Shown here one piece after another: positions 8,918 through 18,711 of a stretch of 64,000 bases of DNA. The stretch spans positions 1 to 64,000 of the forward strand of contig JABIHA010000056.1 of assembly GCA_018649885.1 (NCBI GenBank), written 5' to 3'. Each line of letters opens with the position of its first letter. Position 1 is the stretch's first letter. Made by a program: the position numbers and the translations under genes. The notes under the pieces are model-generated. The model ran no database searches. It saw only the letters and a list, made by a program, of their open reading frames with translations, and had not been told where the DNA came from. The stretch is from Bacteriovoracaceae bacterium. GTDB lineage: Bacteria > Bdellovibrionota > Bacteriovoracia > Bacteriovoracales > Bacteriovoracaceae.

Positions 8918-11140
8918 ATGAGCCTTTCCACTCAAAGTAACTCATCTTCGAGTAAGAAGAGAAAAAATTCTAAAAGCGCAAAGACAAAGAAAGTCACAAA
9001 AGTTCTTCGCACAGACAGTGATCCTAAAAGATCAAAATTAGATATTGTTAAAAGATACAAATTATCTAGAGACCAGCTTCACTGGATGCTCAAAAATATT
9101 TATATTTCTAGAAAGGTTGATGACACTGAGATCTTGATGAGAAAGCAAAACAATGCATTCTTTCAAATTTCAGGTGCTGGACACGAAGGAATTTTAACTG
9201 CTGTATCAATGATATTAAAACCATCTCACGACTTCTTTCTTTGTTACTACCGAGATCGCGCGCTTTGTTTGGGACTTGGAATGACTCCCTATGAAATGCT
9301 TTGCCAAGCAAATGGAAACCTTGGTGATGTGTCAGGTAAAGGAAGACAGATGCCCGCTCACTGGGGTCACAAAAAACTTGGCATTATAAATAAATCATCA
9401 TGTACCGGAACACAATTTCTTCAGGCCGTTGGGGTGAGTGAAGCTGGAAAATATCTTAAAGATATCGGAAATGAGGATGGTCCAGAATTTAACAATAGAG
9501 AAATTACTTACGTCTCTTCTGGAGATGGCACAACTTCTCAAGGTGAATTTTGGGAAGGACTAACCACTGCAGTTGTTAATCATCTGCCAGTTATGTTTTG
9601 TATCGAAGATAATGGTTATGCGATTTCTGTTCCTGTTGAGGTTCAAACTCCCAAGGGATCAATTTCTAAGGCACTGGAAGATTTTCCTGGATTAAAGATA
9701 TTCCGAGTTGATGGAAGCTGCCCAATTGAATCTTACGCCGTAGTTAAAGAAGCAGAAAAATACCTAAGGCTTGGCAAAGGTCCAGTTCTACTACATGCAA
9801 AAGTAACAAGGCCTTACAGTCATTCACTTTCAGACGACCATTCAATGTACAGAACCAAAAAAGACTTGGATGAAGAAAAGTTAAAAGATGTAGTAAATAC
9901 TTTTCCTGCATTTTTAAAAAGCACAAAACTTTTAACTGAAGAGGAAGATAAAGCAATTCACGGAGAAATAGACCGTGAAGTGAAAATGGCACTTGAAGAT
10001 TGCCTGAAAACTGATTGGCCTGCCAAAGAGACTTGGGGAGATCACCTTTACTCAGATGAAATTGATCCAATGTCGAGTGAATTTGAAACGCAGCCTAATT
10101 TTGAAGGCAAAGCAGATATTCCCATGGCCACTGCTATAAATATGGTTTTAAAAAGTGAAGTAAAGGCCAATCCTCTTGTCAGAATGTTTGGAGAAGATGT
10201 TGCTGATTTTTCTCAACTTGAAAAATTAGAAGATGAGACATTAAAGGGTAAGGGCGGTGTTTTTAAAGTCACTTCTGGCGTTCAAAGAGTCGGAATTAAA
10301 GGCCAAGTTTTTAATTCACCACTAGCTGAAGCTAATATTATTGGTCGTGCCATTGGCCAGGCGCTAAGAGGAATAAAACCAGTCGTTGAAATACAGTTTT
10401 TTGACTATATTTGGACGGCCTATATGCAATTAAAAAACGAGATGAGTACTCTTCGTTATAGATCAGCGGGTGACTATAAGTGTCCGATGGTTATAAGAGT
10501 TCCTACTGGTGGCTACCTTAGGGGCGGATCAATTTATCACTCTCAATCTGGAGAATCATTTTTTACTCATATTCCTGGGATAAGAGTCATTATGCCATCA
10601 AATGCACTAGATGCCATAGGCCTACTTAGAACAGCTATCAGATGTGATGATCCCGTTTTATTTTTAGAGCACAAGCATCTTTATTACCAGGGCTACAATA
10701 GAACGGCTTATCCAGGGGACGATTTTACTATTCCTTTTGGAAAAGCAAATGTAGTTCAAGAGGGAGTCGATGCCACTGTAGTTTGTTGGGGAGCTTTGGT
10801 TCAAAGATCTGTTGAAGCTGCCAAAAAACTTGCAAGTGAAGGCTTTAGTATAGAGATTATTGATGCAAGAAGTATTGCTCCATTTGATCTTGAGACTACA
10901 CTAAACTCTCTTAGAAAAACTAATCGTTTACTAATTGCTCATGAAGAAATAAAAACCTCAGGGTTTGCCGGTGAAATCTGTGCCCTGGTTAATGAAAATG
11001 GTTTTGAACTTCTTGATGCGCCGATTATGAGAGTCTGTGCCAAGGATTGTCACTGTGCCTATAACCCAGATTTAGAAGAAGAAATTCTTCCCCATACTGA
11101 TGATGTTTACAATAAACTTAAAGAACTTCTAAATTATTAA
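8918..11140 (+). CDS. 2-oxoisovalerate (branched-chain 2-oxoacid) dehydrogenase E1, fused alpha+beta
   Basis: TPP motif GDGTTSQG...EDN, HSLSDD, MFGEDV, PVVEIQFFDY, HSQSGE. Confidence 0.9.
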   Translation: MSLSTQSNSSSSKKRKNSKSAKTKKVTKVLRTDSDPKRSKLDIVKRYKLSRDQLHWMLKNIYISRKVDDTEILMRKQNNAFFQISGAGHEGILTAVSMILKPSHDFFLCYYRDRALCLGLGMTPYEMLCQANGNLGDVSGKGRQMPAHWGHKKLGIINKSSCTGTQFLQAVGVSEAGKYLKDIGNEDGPEFNNREITYVSSGDGTTSQGEFWEGLTTAVVNHLPVMFCIEDNGYAISVPVEVQTPKGSISKALEDFPGLKIFRVDGSCPIESYAVVKEAEKYLRLGKGPVLLHAKVTRPYSHSLSDDHSMYRTKKDLDEEKLKDVVNTFPAFLKSTKLLTEEEDKAIHGEIDREVKMALEDCLKTDWPAKETWGDHLYSDEIDPMSSEFETQPNFEGKADIPMATAINMVLKSEVKANPLVRMFGEDVADFSQLEKLEDETLKGKGGVFKVTSGVQRVGIKGQVFNSPLAEANIIGRAIGQALRGIKPVVEIQFFDYIWTAYMQLKNEMSTLRYRSAGDYKCPMVIRVPTGGYLRGGSIYHSQSGESFFTHIPGIRVIMPSNALDAIGLLRTAIRCDDPVLFLEHKHLYYQGYNRTAYPGDDFTIPFGKANVVQEGVDATVVCWGALVQRSVEAAKKLASEGFSIEIIDARSIAPFDLETTLNSLRKTNRLLIAHEEIKTSGFAGEICALVNENGFELLDAPIMRVCAKDCHCAYNPDLEEEILPHTDDVYNKLKELLNY

Positions 11141-11244
11141 ATTTGTTGAGCCCCCTAGCATAATACTCAAGTAATAGTGGTTTTTTACTACCTTTAACTC
11201 ATAATTAAATTGTTTATTGAGTAGGGTACCAATACAATTTCACA

Positions 11245-12201
11245 ATGTTTAATAGCAGAAAACTTCCAATTTTTTTAAAGCTCGCTTTTGGCCTGGCATT
11301 AATCTATTGGTTATTTCAAAAAGGTGGCTTAAGTTACCAAAATGTAAAAATTGGGCTTCTCAATGGAAAGCTTGCAGTGGTTTTTATTATCTTGGCTTTG
11401 GTGCGATTAGGCCTTGCTTCGTTTAGGACCAAAGATCTCTTGCAAATTGAGGGGGCTTCCAATAAAGGCATAGGCGAGATATTAATTATTTCCTGGGCAT
11501 CAATTTTTATTTCATGTATTGCTCCTATTTCAATTTTTGGTGAATTATTTAAAATAAAGAAACTAATGAATTTTAAAGAGAATCTTTGTCGCGATAATAC
11601 AATCTACGCAGCGATTTTTTCTAAATTATATTCCATCATTACCCTACTCACAATTGTATTGATCGCTGCATTTTTTACGCCTGAGTTAATCCCGATTTCA
11701 AGGAGTAACTATACCATATTGGTTGGGAGTTTATTGGCTTTATATGTAGTATTTTTATTTAAAAACTACTTTGTATCCTTTCTTGGTTTTAATAAAAATG
11801 ACGATTATCAAGGTTTTTTCCAAAGAAGGTGGGGGAATTTCCATAGGTATATTTTGAAAATGTTAGAAGATAAATTTTTAATTTGGAGAAGTTTATTTTT
11901 TAGCATTGGTATACAGGTTTCTAATATTGTTTCAATAATGCTTATAATCAAGCTAATTAACCCTTCTGTTGAAGTAGGGATATTAGAGCTTGCTTGTGTT
12001 GTTTCAATTGGGATTTTTTCTATGTTAGTTCCAATCTCTTTTTATGGGCTAGGTGTTGGACATTTAGCCTTTGCTTCTCTTTTGGCCTTAATAAATATCG
12101 AAAATGGAGCTGATGTCTTCACAATATTTTTTGCTCTTTCATTTATTTTTAACTTTATAGGAGTAATTCCTTTTTTGATTTTGAATAGAAGGAGTGCTTA
12201 G
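11245..12201 (+). CDS. Lysylphosphatidylglycerol-synthase-TM / YbhN (flippase-like) membrane protein
   Basis: Multi-TM; SIFGELFK and VPISFYGLGVGH resemble the family GGD..K and PisPgGLGv.e motifs. Confidence 0.65.
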   Translation: MFNSRKLPIFLKLAFGLALIYWLFQKGGLSYQNVKIGLLNGKLAVVFIILALVRLGLASFRTKDLLQIEGASNKGIGEILIISWASIFISCIAPISIFGELFKIKKLMNFKENLCRDNTIYAAIFSKLYSIITLLTIVLIAAFFTPELIPISRSNYTILVGSLLALYVVFLFKNYFVSFLGFNKNDDYQGFFQRRWGNFHRYILKMLEDKFLIWRSLFFSIGIQVSNIVSIMLIIKLINPSVEVGILELACVVSIGIFSMLVPISFYGLGVGHLAFASLLALINIENGADVFTIFFALSFIFNFIGVIPFLILNRRSA

Positions 12202-13725
12202 TTGAATAAAAAGTTGAAATGGCTTCTATCTAGTATTTTCATTACGATGGTATGTATTCTAACATTTCTAACTTTTAGAGAATATTCGGGCCAATCTGCC
12301 ATATATATATTCTTTACAGTTGTTTTAAACTTTTTCCTCTTTTTTGGATTTAGAAAAAATAGAATATTTTTTGATACATTCTTAGGAATCTTTTTTTGGC
12401 TAGGCTATTGGCTTAAATTTTCCTTTCGGATTGCTTTTACTTGGGGATATTTTGTTGATCCGGTGGGAAATTTTGATAAATCAGGTATTTCTTTTGATCA
12501 TGCTCTTTTGGTAACAACATTTGGAGTGTTAGCTTTTATCGCTTCTAGTATTGTAAGACAGAGATGGTGGTTTTCTTATTCCTGTGAGAAGTCCGGCAAG
12601 GGGCTAATTGGGTTACTCGAATTCTATAAAAATCATCGAAAAGCCATCTGGTTGAATTTTCTTTTGCTAGTCATTTTTATTTCAGGATCGAATGCTTTCC
12701 TCGGAATTTATCAAAGAGGTACAGTTCCTCGCACCATTCTTCCCATGGGCCTTGGGGGAGTTTATACATGGCTTTTATTATTTGGGCTTTCCTCTGCAAG
12801 CGCCCTAATGCTTGAATTTGAAATGAGACTTAAAAAAGGGAATTCGTTTGTTGTTGTGGCCTTATCAATAGTAGAAAGCTTTTTCTCCAATGTCTCTTTG
12901 TTGAGTAGGGCAATGGTAATTAATCTTTCAGCGATGGGCTGGGGATATATCAAGGCATTAGAAGTAAAAAAAATGGCAGTAAGTTGGAAATTTAAATCTG
13001 CAGCCACAGTCTTATTTTTAGCTCTCTTTCTTAGTTCAGTGTCCTTTGTAAATAAGCTAAGACACTTTCGATTTAGAGATAAAGTCGTAGCAACACAAAT
13101 ATCAAAATCAATCAAACCAATCAAAGTAATTGAGCCAGCTCAAACTAACTTCAAAGAGAATATTAAGTCAGCAGTTCACAATTTAAAGATATTCAATATT
13201 CATTCAAACCTCATCATTGATAGATGGGTTGGTATAGAGGGGGTTATGGCCGTGATAAGCTACCCCAAACGCGGTTGGGATCTATGGGCAAAAGCTTGGG
13301 AAGAAAAATATCATAACTTCGGAACAAGCTTTTATGATCGCGAGATTAGTAAACCTCCTCATTTGAGTGCTGATTTATCTAATTTACACAAAATTTTTCT
13401 TCCAGGGATTCTTGCTTTTTTCTACTACCCAGGTTCATTTCTATTTTTATTTTTTGGTCTGTTTATTGTAGGTTTATTGGGGGCAGGCGTTGAGTTTTTT
13501 GCTTTTAAGCTTAGTAATGGGAACTTAATCTTAACATCTTTAATATCACAGGTCGTTACTTATAGATTTACCCACTTTGGATATGTACCGGCAAGGAGCT
13601 ATCTATTATTTGGGACAATTTTTTTAAATATTGTGATTATTTATATTGCCAACAAATTACTTCTTAAATTTTATCGCCTTGATGAGTCGAGTCGCGAGTT
13701 ACCTTCAAAGTTAATTAAAGTATAA
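12202..13725 (+). CDS. Polytopic membrane protein, possibly Wzy/O-antigen polymerase-like
   Basis: About 11 predicted TM segments, LLSRAM motif, large loop; TTG start abuts the previous stop. Confidence 0.5.
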   Translation: MNKKLKWLLSSIFITMVCILTFLTFREYSGQSAIYIFFTVVLNFFLFFGFRKNRIFFDTFLGIFFWLGYWLKFSFRIAFTWGYFVDPVGNFDKSGISFDHALLVTTFGVLAFIASSIVRQRWWFSYSCEKSGKGLIGLLEFYKNHRKAIWLNFLLLVIFISGSNAFLGIYQRGTVPRTILPMGLGGVYTWLLLFGLSSASALMLEFEMRLKKGNSFVVVALSIVESFFSNVSLLSRAMVINLSAMGWGYIKALEVKKMAVSWKFKSAATVLFLALFLSSVSFVNKLRHFRFRDKVVATQISKSIKPIKVIEPAQTNFKENIKSAVHNLKIFNIHSNLIIDRWVGIEGVMAVISYPKRGWDLWAKAWEEKYHNFGTSFYDREISKPPHLSADLSNLHKIFLPGILAFFYYPGSFLFLFFGLFIVGLLGAGVEFFAFKLSNGNLILTSLISQVVTYRFTHFGYVPARSYLLFGTIFLNIVIIYIANKLLLKFYRLDESSRELPSKLIKV

Positions 13726-13733
13726 AAATAAGG

Positions 13734-14615
13734 TTATGAGATGCGCCATTTCCTGCAATTATGTGGATAAGTAAATAGCCCTATATGTGTAGTGTTGATT
13801 AAAAAGTGTAAAAGAATCGGCCATTCAATTCTCCCAGTTTGAATATAGACCCATGAATAACCAATTCCTGCCAGAAATGAGAGGGCAATATAAGAAATCC
13901 CGCCTTTAAAATGAGTGAGAGCAAAAAATAGTGCTGATGTGAGGCAAATAGCTACAACCTGGTATTCACCTATAGGTACAATTTTTAAGAGAACTCCTAT
14001 AAAAAATGCTCGAAACAAAATCTCTTCGCTTACGCAGGTAAACAGTAAATTTCTGACGGCCCAAATACTAAATTTCTTTTCCCATTTAGGATTGAAGGAG
14101 ATGTATTTAATTAAAAGTCCAATTGGGAGAAGGACAGCAAGGACTGCAATATAGGCAATGAGAAAAGACTTTATCTGTTCGGATAGTGGTAAATCGATTG
14201 CAGCTGTTGTTTCAATAAATGCAAAAAACAATAGACCAATGAGCGGTTTATCAAACCAAAATAGAAGTTCAAACTCACTAGATTTTTCGTCTCTTTTAAA
14301 ATGGGGATCGTAACCAAAAGCTGTGATACCAGGAATCTTGTGGAAATAAAATTTTGTGGAAATGACAAAGAAAATCATAGGGGGAAGAGGGTTGAACGTG
14401 AGATCGTTCCAACTTCTTTGTAAATAAATTGCTGATAATATGTAAACAACAATACTGACAATACCTATTGGCTGGATTTGTTTTTGTGCTAGACCTAGTA
14501 TCAATGCTAGCGCAAAAAATGGAATCCAGAGGAATTGGATCTGAAAATAAGCTGCGCAAATGGCGAATCCAAGAAGTAAGTAGGTGAGAATTGTATTTTT
14601 TAGCAGTGCAGTCAT
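13734..14615 (-). CDS. CPBP/CAAX (Abi) intramembrane metalloprotease
   Basis: EEILFR, FFALTH, LLHFLIN motifs. Confidence 0.9.
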   Translation of the reverse strand: MTALLKNTILTYLLLGFAICAAYFQIQFLWIPFFALALILGLAQKQIQPIGIVSIVVYILSAIYLQRSWNDLTFNPLPPMIFFVISTKFYFHKIPGITAFGYDPHFKRDEKSSEFELLFWFDKPLIGLLFFAFIETTAAIDLPLSEQIKSFLIAYIAVLAVLLPIGLLIKYISFNPKWEKKFSIWAVRNLLFTCVSEEILFRAFFIGVLLKIVPIGEYQVVAICLTSALFFALTHFKGGISYIALSFLAGIGYSWVYIQTGRIEWPILLHFLINTTHIGLFTYPHNCRKWRIS

Positions 14616-15736
14616 TAAAGTTTTTTAAGAACGATATCCATACTATCAAAGAAGTGGTTCATTTCAGATTTTGTTCCTATTGATACTCTTACATATTCGG
14701 GCATCCCATGGGCCTTCATGGGCCTAATGATCACACCCAGTTTTAACAATTCTTCAAAAAGAAAATTCGCTTTCTCTTCAGTGCCAACTTTGAAAAGAAT
14801 AAAGTTAGTTACTGAGTCAATGGGATCGAATCCATTTTTTTTCAAATATTTTTTTGTTTCATTGGATCTTTTTTTATTATTTCGAAGAGTTCTCTCTAAG
14901 TGAGGTTGATCATGGATAGCTCCACATGCTCCAAGTTGTGCAATTAAATTGGGCTCGAAAGGGAGTTTTACTTTTTTTAAATTTGAGATCAAATTCTCAT
15001 GGGCAAATCCATATCCAACTCTGATTCCTGCAAGACCATACGCCTTGGAGAAGGTTCTTAGAATTATAAAATTATCATAGCGATAGTCCATGGAATCGGG
15101 ATAGTCAGGATTTTGTTTAGCAAATTCATAATAGGCTTCATCTAGAATGATTAAAACATTTTTAGGAACAGCTTCTAAGAGTTCATCAAATTCTCTTTTG
15201 GTAATATAGGTTCCAGTAGGGTTATTTGGATTGGCAATATAGATTATTTTTGTTTTCGGGGTAATATTTTTTGCAAGTGCCTTAACATCAAAGCGGTAAT
15301 CACTTGTTAGAGGAACTGTCTTTAATTTAGCACCACTTGCTCTGGCAACAATGTAAAAGCCCACAAAAGTGTGCTCACTTGTTAGAACCTCATCACCTGG
15401 TTGAATAAAAGCGCGTGAAATATATGACATGATTCCCTCGGAACCATTACCCAAAATAATATTTTCTCTTTTTAGGTTATAGAGTTTTGCCAGCATTGAA
15501 GTGAGTTTAAAGGCATGCATGTCAGGATAATTGTGCAAATTCCAAAGACCTTGAGTCATTTCTTTAATTGCATATGGGGAGGGTCCAAGTGGGTTTTCAT
15601 TACTAGCTAGTTTTGAGATTTTTTCCAGTCCCATTTCCCTCGCTAACTCTTCCACTGGCTTTCCAGCTTGGTAGGCTTTTAGATCACGCAGGTGACTAGG
15701 AATGAGAGATTTTTCTGTAGGAAATTCAGTGGCCAT
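14615..15736 (-). CDS. hisC: Histidinol-phosphate aminotransferase family protein
   Basis: KLASNENPLGPSP, ANPNNPTG, DEAY, RTFSKAYGLAGIRVGY. Confidence 0.9.
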   Translation of the reverse strand: MATEFPTEKSLIPSHLRDLKAYQAGKPVEELAREMGLEKISKLASNENPLGPSPYAIKEMTQGLWNLHNYPDMHAFKLTSMLAKLYNLKRENIILGNGSEGIMSYISRAFIQPGDEVLTSEHTFVGFYIVARASGAKLKTVPLTSDYRFDVKALAKNITPKTKIIYIANPNNPTGTYITKREFDELLEAVPKNVLIILDEAYYEFAKQNPDYPDSMDYRYDNFIILRTFSKAYGLAGIRVGYGFAHENLISNLKKVKLPFEPNLIAQLGACGAIHDQPHLERTLRNNKKRSNETKKYLKKNGFDPIDSVTNFILFKVGTEEKANFLFEELLKLGVIIRPMKAHGMPEYVRVSIGTKSEMNHFFDSMDIVLKKL

Positions 15737-15959
15737 GACCTGCTCCTGGATAAAAATTATCGGACAAATGATAATAGTGTCTAAAAATTACGTTATCAAC
15801 CTTATTAATATCAGCTATTTACAATCAGAGTTTACTAATAGTAAATCTTGGAATCATTATTTGTTTATTTTTAGTTTACCCGTAGCCTTCGGCTCCCTAT
15901 AACTACAAACATCAAAAGGCTTTTAGAGAGGAAGTCGAAAAATAAACAGGAGAAGAAAG

Positions 15960-16607
15960 ATGAAATTTTTAGCAGCATTAATTGCCATTACATTTGTATT
16001 TTCAGGGACTGATGCCAGTGCACGTCACCGGAAACCTAAGAAGAAAAAAGTTGTAATCGTAAAAAGAGGTCCTAAAAGACCTAAGAAAGTTATTATTGTA
16101 AAACCAGGACCACGTAGACCAAAAAAGGTCATTATCGTTAAGCGAAAGCATCCAAGAAGAAGACCAGTTGTAGTTGTAAGACCAAGACCACATGTAGTTG
16201 CAAGGCCAGCTAGACGAATTTACGTTTTTCCACTAAGAGCTCACTACCCAAGACTTAACTACCTTGGAGCGACTACTTTTCTTGGTGCAACTTCACTAGC
16301 TGATTGGAAAGATTACGATCGTATTTCACTTCCAAGCTGTGCAACTTACGCAAACCAAAGAGTTTCTAAAGTAAAAATGCATGCTTTACGCTACGGGGCA
16401 GAAATTGATTATGTAACTCTAAACTTTCAAAATGGTGGCTCACAAAATCTCAATATCAGAGAGTTTTATGCACCAGGATCTTCAACAAGATGGATTGACC
16501 TTAGAGGAGCAAACCGTTGTATCAGATCAATCGAAGTATTTGGCGACACTGAAACAGCAGTATTTGATAACTCACGCCAAGCAAAAGTTTTATTCTACGG
16601 ACTTTAA
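15960..16607 (+). CDS. Secreted protein with a cationic Pro/Lys/Arg repeat region and a C-terminal YaaI/DUF2541-like domain
   Basis: Signal peptide; PKKVIIVKxGPxR repeats; C-terminal D..I.LP.C...FQNGGSQNL...TRWIDL...RCIRSI.V.G resembles YaaI. Confidence 0.65.
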   Translation: MKFLAALIAITFVFSGTDASARHRKPKKKKVVIVKRGPKRPKKVIIVKPGPRRPKKVIIVKRKHPRRRPVVVVRPRPHVVARPARRIYVFPLRAHYPRLNYLGATTFLGATSLADWKDYDRISLPSCATYANQRVSKVKMHALRYGAEIDYVTLNFQNGGSQNLNIREFYAPGSSTRWIDLRGANRCIRSIEVFGDTETAVFDNSRQAKVLFYGL

Positions 16608-16655
16608 TAATAAAAGGCTCCCCTGAGAAGGTAAGAGTCCCCAATGTCGAACCCC

Positions 16656-16681
16656 GCCCCTCACCCCGAGGGGCTTTTTTT
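16656..16681 (+). terminator. Intrinsic terminator
   Basis: GCCCCTC-ACCCC-GAGGGGC followed by T7. Confidence 0.85.
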
Positions 16682-16798
16682 GTTTGTTTCGCACAGCAAA
16701 GCTTTGGTGTGCTGATTTACTTACCAAAGTCTTCAAAATAATAATAAACTCCTAAGATTAAAACGAGCATAAGCCCACATAGTGTGGCGGAGGACAAT

Positions 16799-17563
16799 AT
16801 GGGATTACTAGAAGGAAAAAAGGCACTGATTCTTGGCGTGGCCAATGAGAGATCAATTGCCTGGGGAATAACTAAGGCCTTTAAAGAAAATGGGGCCAGC
16901 ATTGCCATGTCTTATCTAAATGATGCTCTTTACAAAAGAGTTGAGCCACTTTCAAAAGAAGTGGATGCAGATTTTTTGTGTGAGCTCGATGTAGGTCGTG
17001 ATGAACACATTGAAAATATGGCAAAGATGGTAAAAGAGAAATGGGGAAAATTTGATATATTAGTTCACTCATTAGCGTTTGCTAATAGAGATGATCTTCA
17101 AGGTAGGTTTGTTGAAACATCTAGAGATGGTTTTTCTCTTGCTTGTGATATTTCGGCATACTCTCTTTTAGGAGTATCCAATGCACTAAAAGAGTTACTT
17201 AATGAAGATGCATCAATAATGGCCATGACCTATCACGGTTCTCAAAAGGTTATGGCAAATTACAATATGATGGGAGTGGCCAAAGCCGCTCTGGAAGCAT
17301 CAGCTAGATATCTTGCAGATGATCTTGGAAAGGAATCAATTAGAGTTAATTGTATTTCAGCAGGACCAATTAAAACACTGGCTGCAAGTGGAATCTCTGG
17401 CTTTAGAAGTATTCTAAAGACTGTTGAGGAGAGGGCCCCACTTCATAGAAATGTGACGCCTGAAGATGTTGCTGGCACAGCTCTCTATTTAGGAAGTGAT
17501 CTTTCAAAAAATGTAACTGGTCAAATTTTATACATCGATTCTGGCTACTCTATTTTGGCTTAA
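16799..17563 (+). CDS. fabI: Enoyl-ACP reductase FabI
   Basis: GVANERSIAWG, YNMMGVAKAALE, ISAGPIKTLAA; GGAGG SD before the ATG at 16799. Confidence 0.95.
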   Translation: MGLLEGKKALILGVANERSIAWGITKAFKENGASIAMSYLNDALYKRVEPLSKEVDADFLCELDVGRDEHIENMAKMVKEKWGKFDILVHSLAFANRDDLQGRFVETSRDGFSLACDISAYSLLGVSNALKELLNEDASIMAMTYHGSQKVMANYNMMGVAKAALEASARYLADDLGKESIRVNCISAGPIKTLAASGISGFRSILKTVEERAPLHRNVTPEDVAGTALYLGSDLSKNVTGQILYIDSGYSILA

Positions 17564-17566
17564 GTT

Positions 17567-17977
17567 ATGAGTGAAAATCTTGGGTTTGGGCCAGAATATA
17601 TTGACCGAGTTAGAAAGGGCGTAGAACTATTTAATGAGGAAAAATTTTGGGAATGTCATGAAGCACTAGAGCACCATTGGTTAGAAGATGCCCATGATCC
17701 AGTAAGATATGTTTACTGGGCAATTATTCAAGTGGCCGCTTGCCTGCTTCATTACAAAAACCAAAATACTGTGGGCGCTAACGGCTTGTTAATTAAGGCT
17801 AAGAGAAAATTTGTAAAGGTGCGCGAGTTAAAGATCGGCAATAATTATTTAGACAAAGTGCTGAGCTGGGATAAATTAGAGAAATTGGTAATGAGTATAC
17901 CGGATGGATCATCGCTCGATCGTTACCATGAGCTATATGAATTTAAGTTCAATGAATTGCCAGGGGATAAGAAATGA
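17567..17977 (+). CDS. DUF309 domain protein
   Basis: GVELFN..KFWECHEALE..W...IIQVAA..H. Confidence 0.85.
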   Translation: MSENLGFGPEYIDRVRKGVELFNEEKFWECHEALEHHWLEDAHDPVRYVYWAIIQVAACLLHYKNQNTVGANGLLIKAKRKFVKVRELKIGNNYLDKVLSWDKLEKLVMSIPDGSSLDRYHELYEFKFNELPGDKK

Positions 17978-18711
17978 AACATATGATTCCTAGTGCCTTC
18001 CAGGCTACACGTTTGATGTTCAAAGATAAAATTATTCTTGCTCTAAGCATGGTTCCTGTAGCCATTGGGGTAGGTCTTTATATTGGAATGGGGTCTTGGT
18101 TTTATAGCTCCATTTTGGGATGGGGAGACACTTGGATTAAGGGACACGTCTCTGAGAGTTGGGGAGTGGTTGTTTACTACCTTTTGTTTTCGATACTAAC
18201 AGTACTGTTGTTTTTTATAGTGAACTGGACCTTCGTTCTCATTGTTTCAATTCTAGCAAGTCCATTTAATGATGCTATTTCTCATAGAGTAGAAAAAATT
18301 CTGGGAGGTGAGACGCCAGAAAGTTTAGGTGGCACCTTTAAGAGAATTTTGGCCAACGCAATTTTTTCTTTTATTAATCAAATAAAAAAGGTGGCCTTCA
18401 TTGTAGTACTGGCGTCCCTTGGATTACTTTTAAGTTTGTTCCCAGTACTAGCTCCCATTAGTATGATTATCACTGCTGTACTTTTATCCATTGAGTTTAT
18501 GGATTATTCATGGAGTAGGCACGATATTCCTTTTTCAGCTTGTAAAACTGATGTTAAAAATCACCTAATCGAATATATTTTGACAGGAGGAGGGTTTGCG
18601 ACTTTGATAGCCATTCCTGTTGTAAACTTATTTGTGCTTCCATACGGTGTAATCTATTACACAACTCTTTGGACTAATAACAAGAAAGATTTAATAGGGT
18701 ATAGCAAATGA
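17974..18711 (+). CDS. EI24/CysZ-family membrane protein
   Basis: ILASPFNDAISHRVE, FMDY, IPVVNL motifs. Confidence 0.8.
   Translation: MKHMIPSAFQATRLMFKDKIILALSMVPVAIGVGLYIGMGSWFYSSILGWGDTWIKGHVSESWGVVVYYLLFSILTVLLFFIVNWTFVLIVSILASPFNDAISHRVEKILGGETPESLGGTFKRILANAIFSFINQIKKVAFIVVLASLGLLLSLFPVLAPISMIITAVLLSIEFMDYSWSRHDIPFSACKTDVKNHLIEYILTGGGFATLIAIPVVNLFVLPYGVIYYTTLWTNNKKDLIGYSK

Noticed and set aside
14615..15736. hisC outside a his operon
   Set aside because: Stand-alone HisC-family aminotransferases are common
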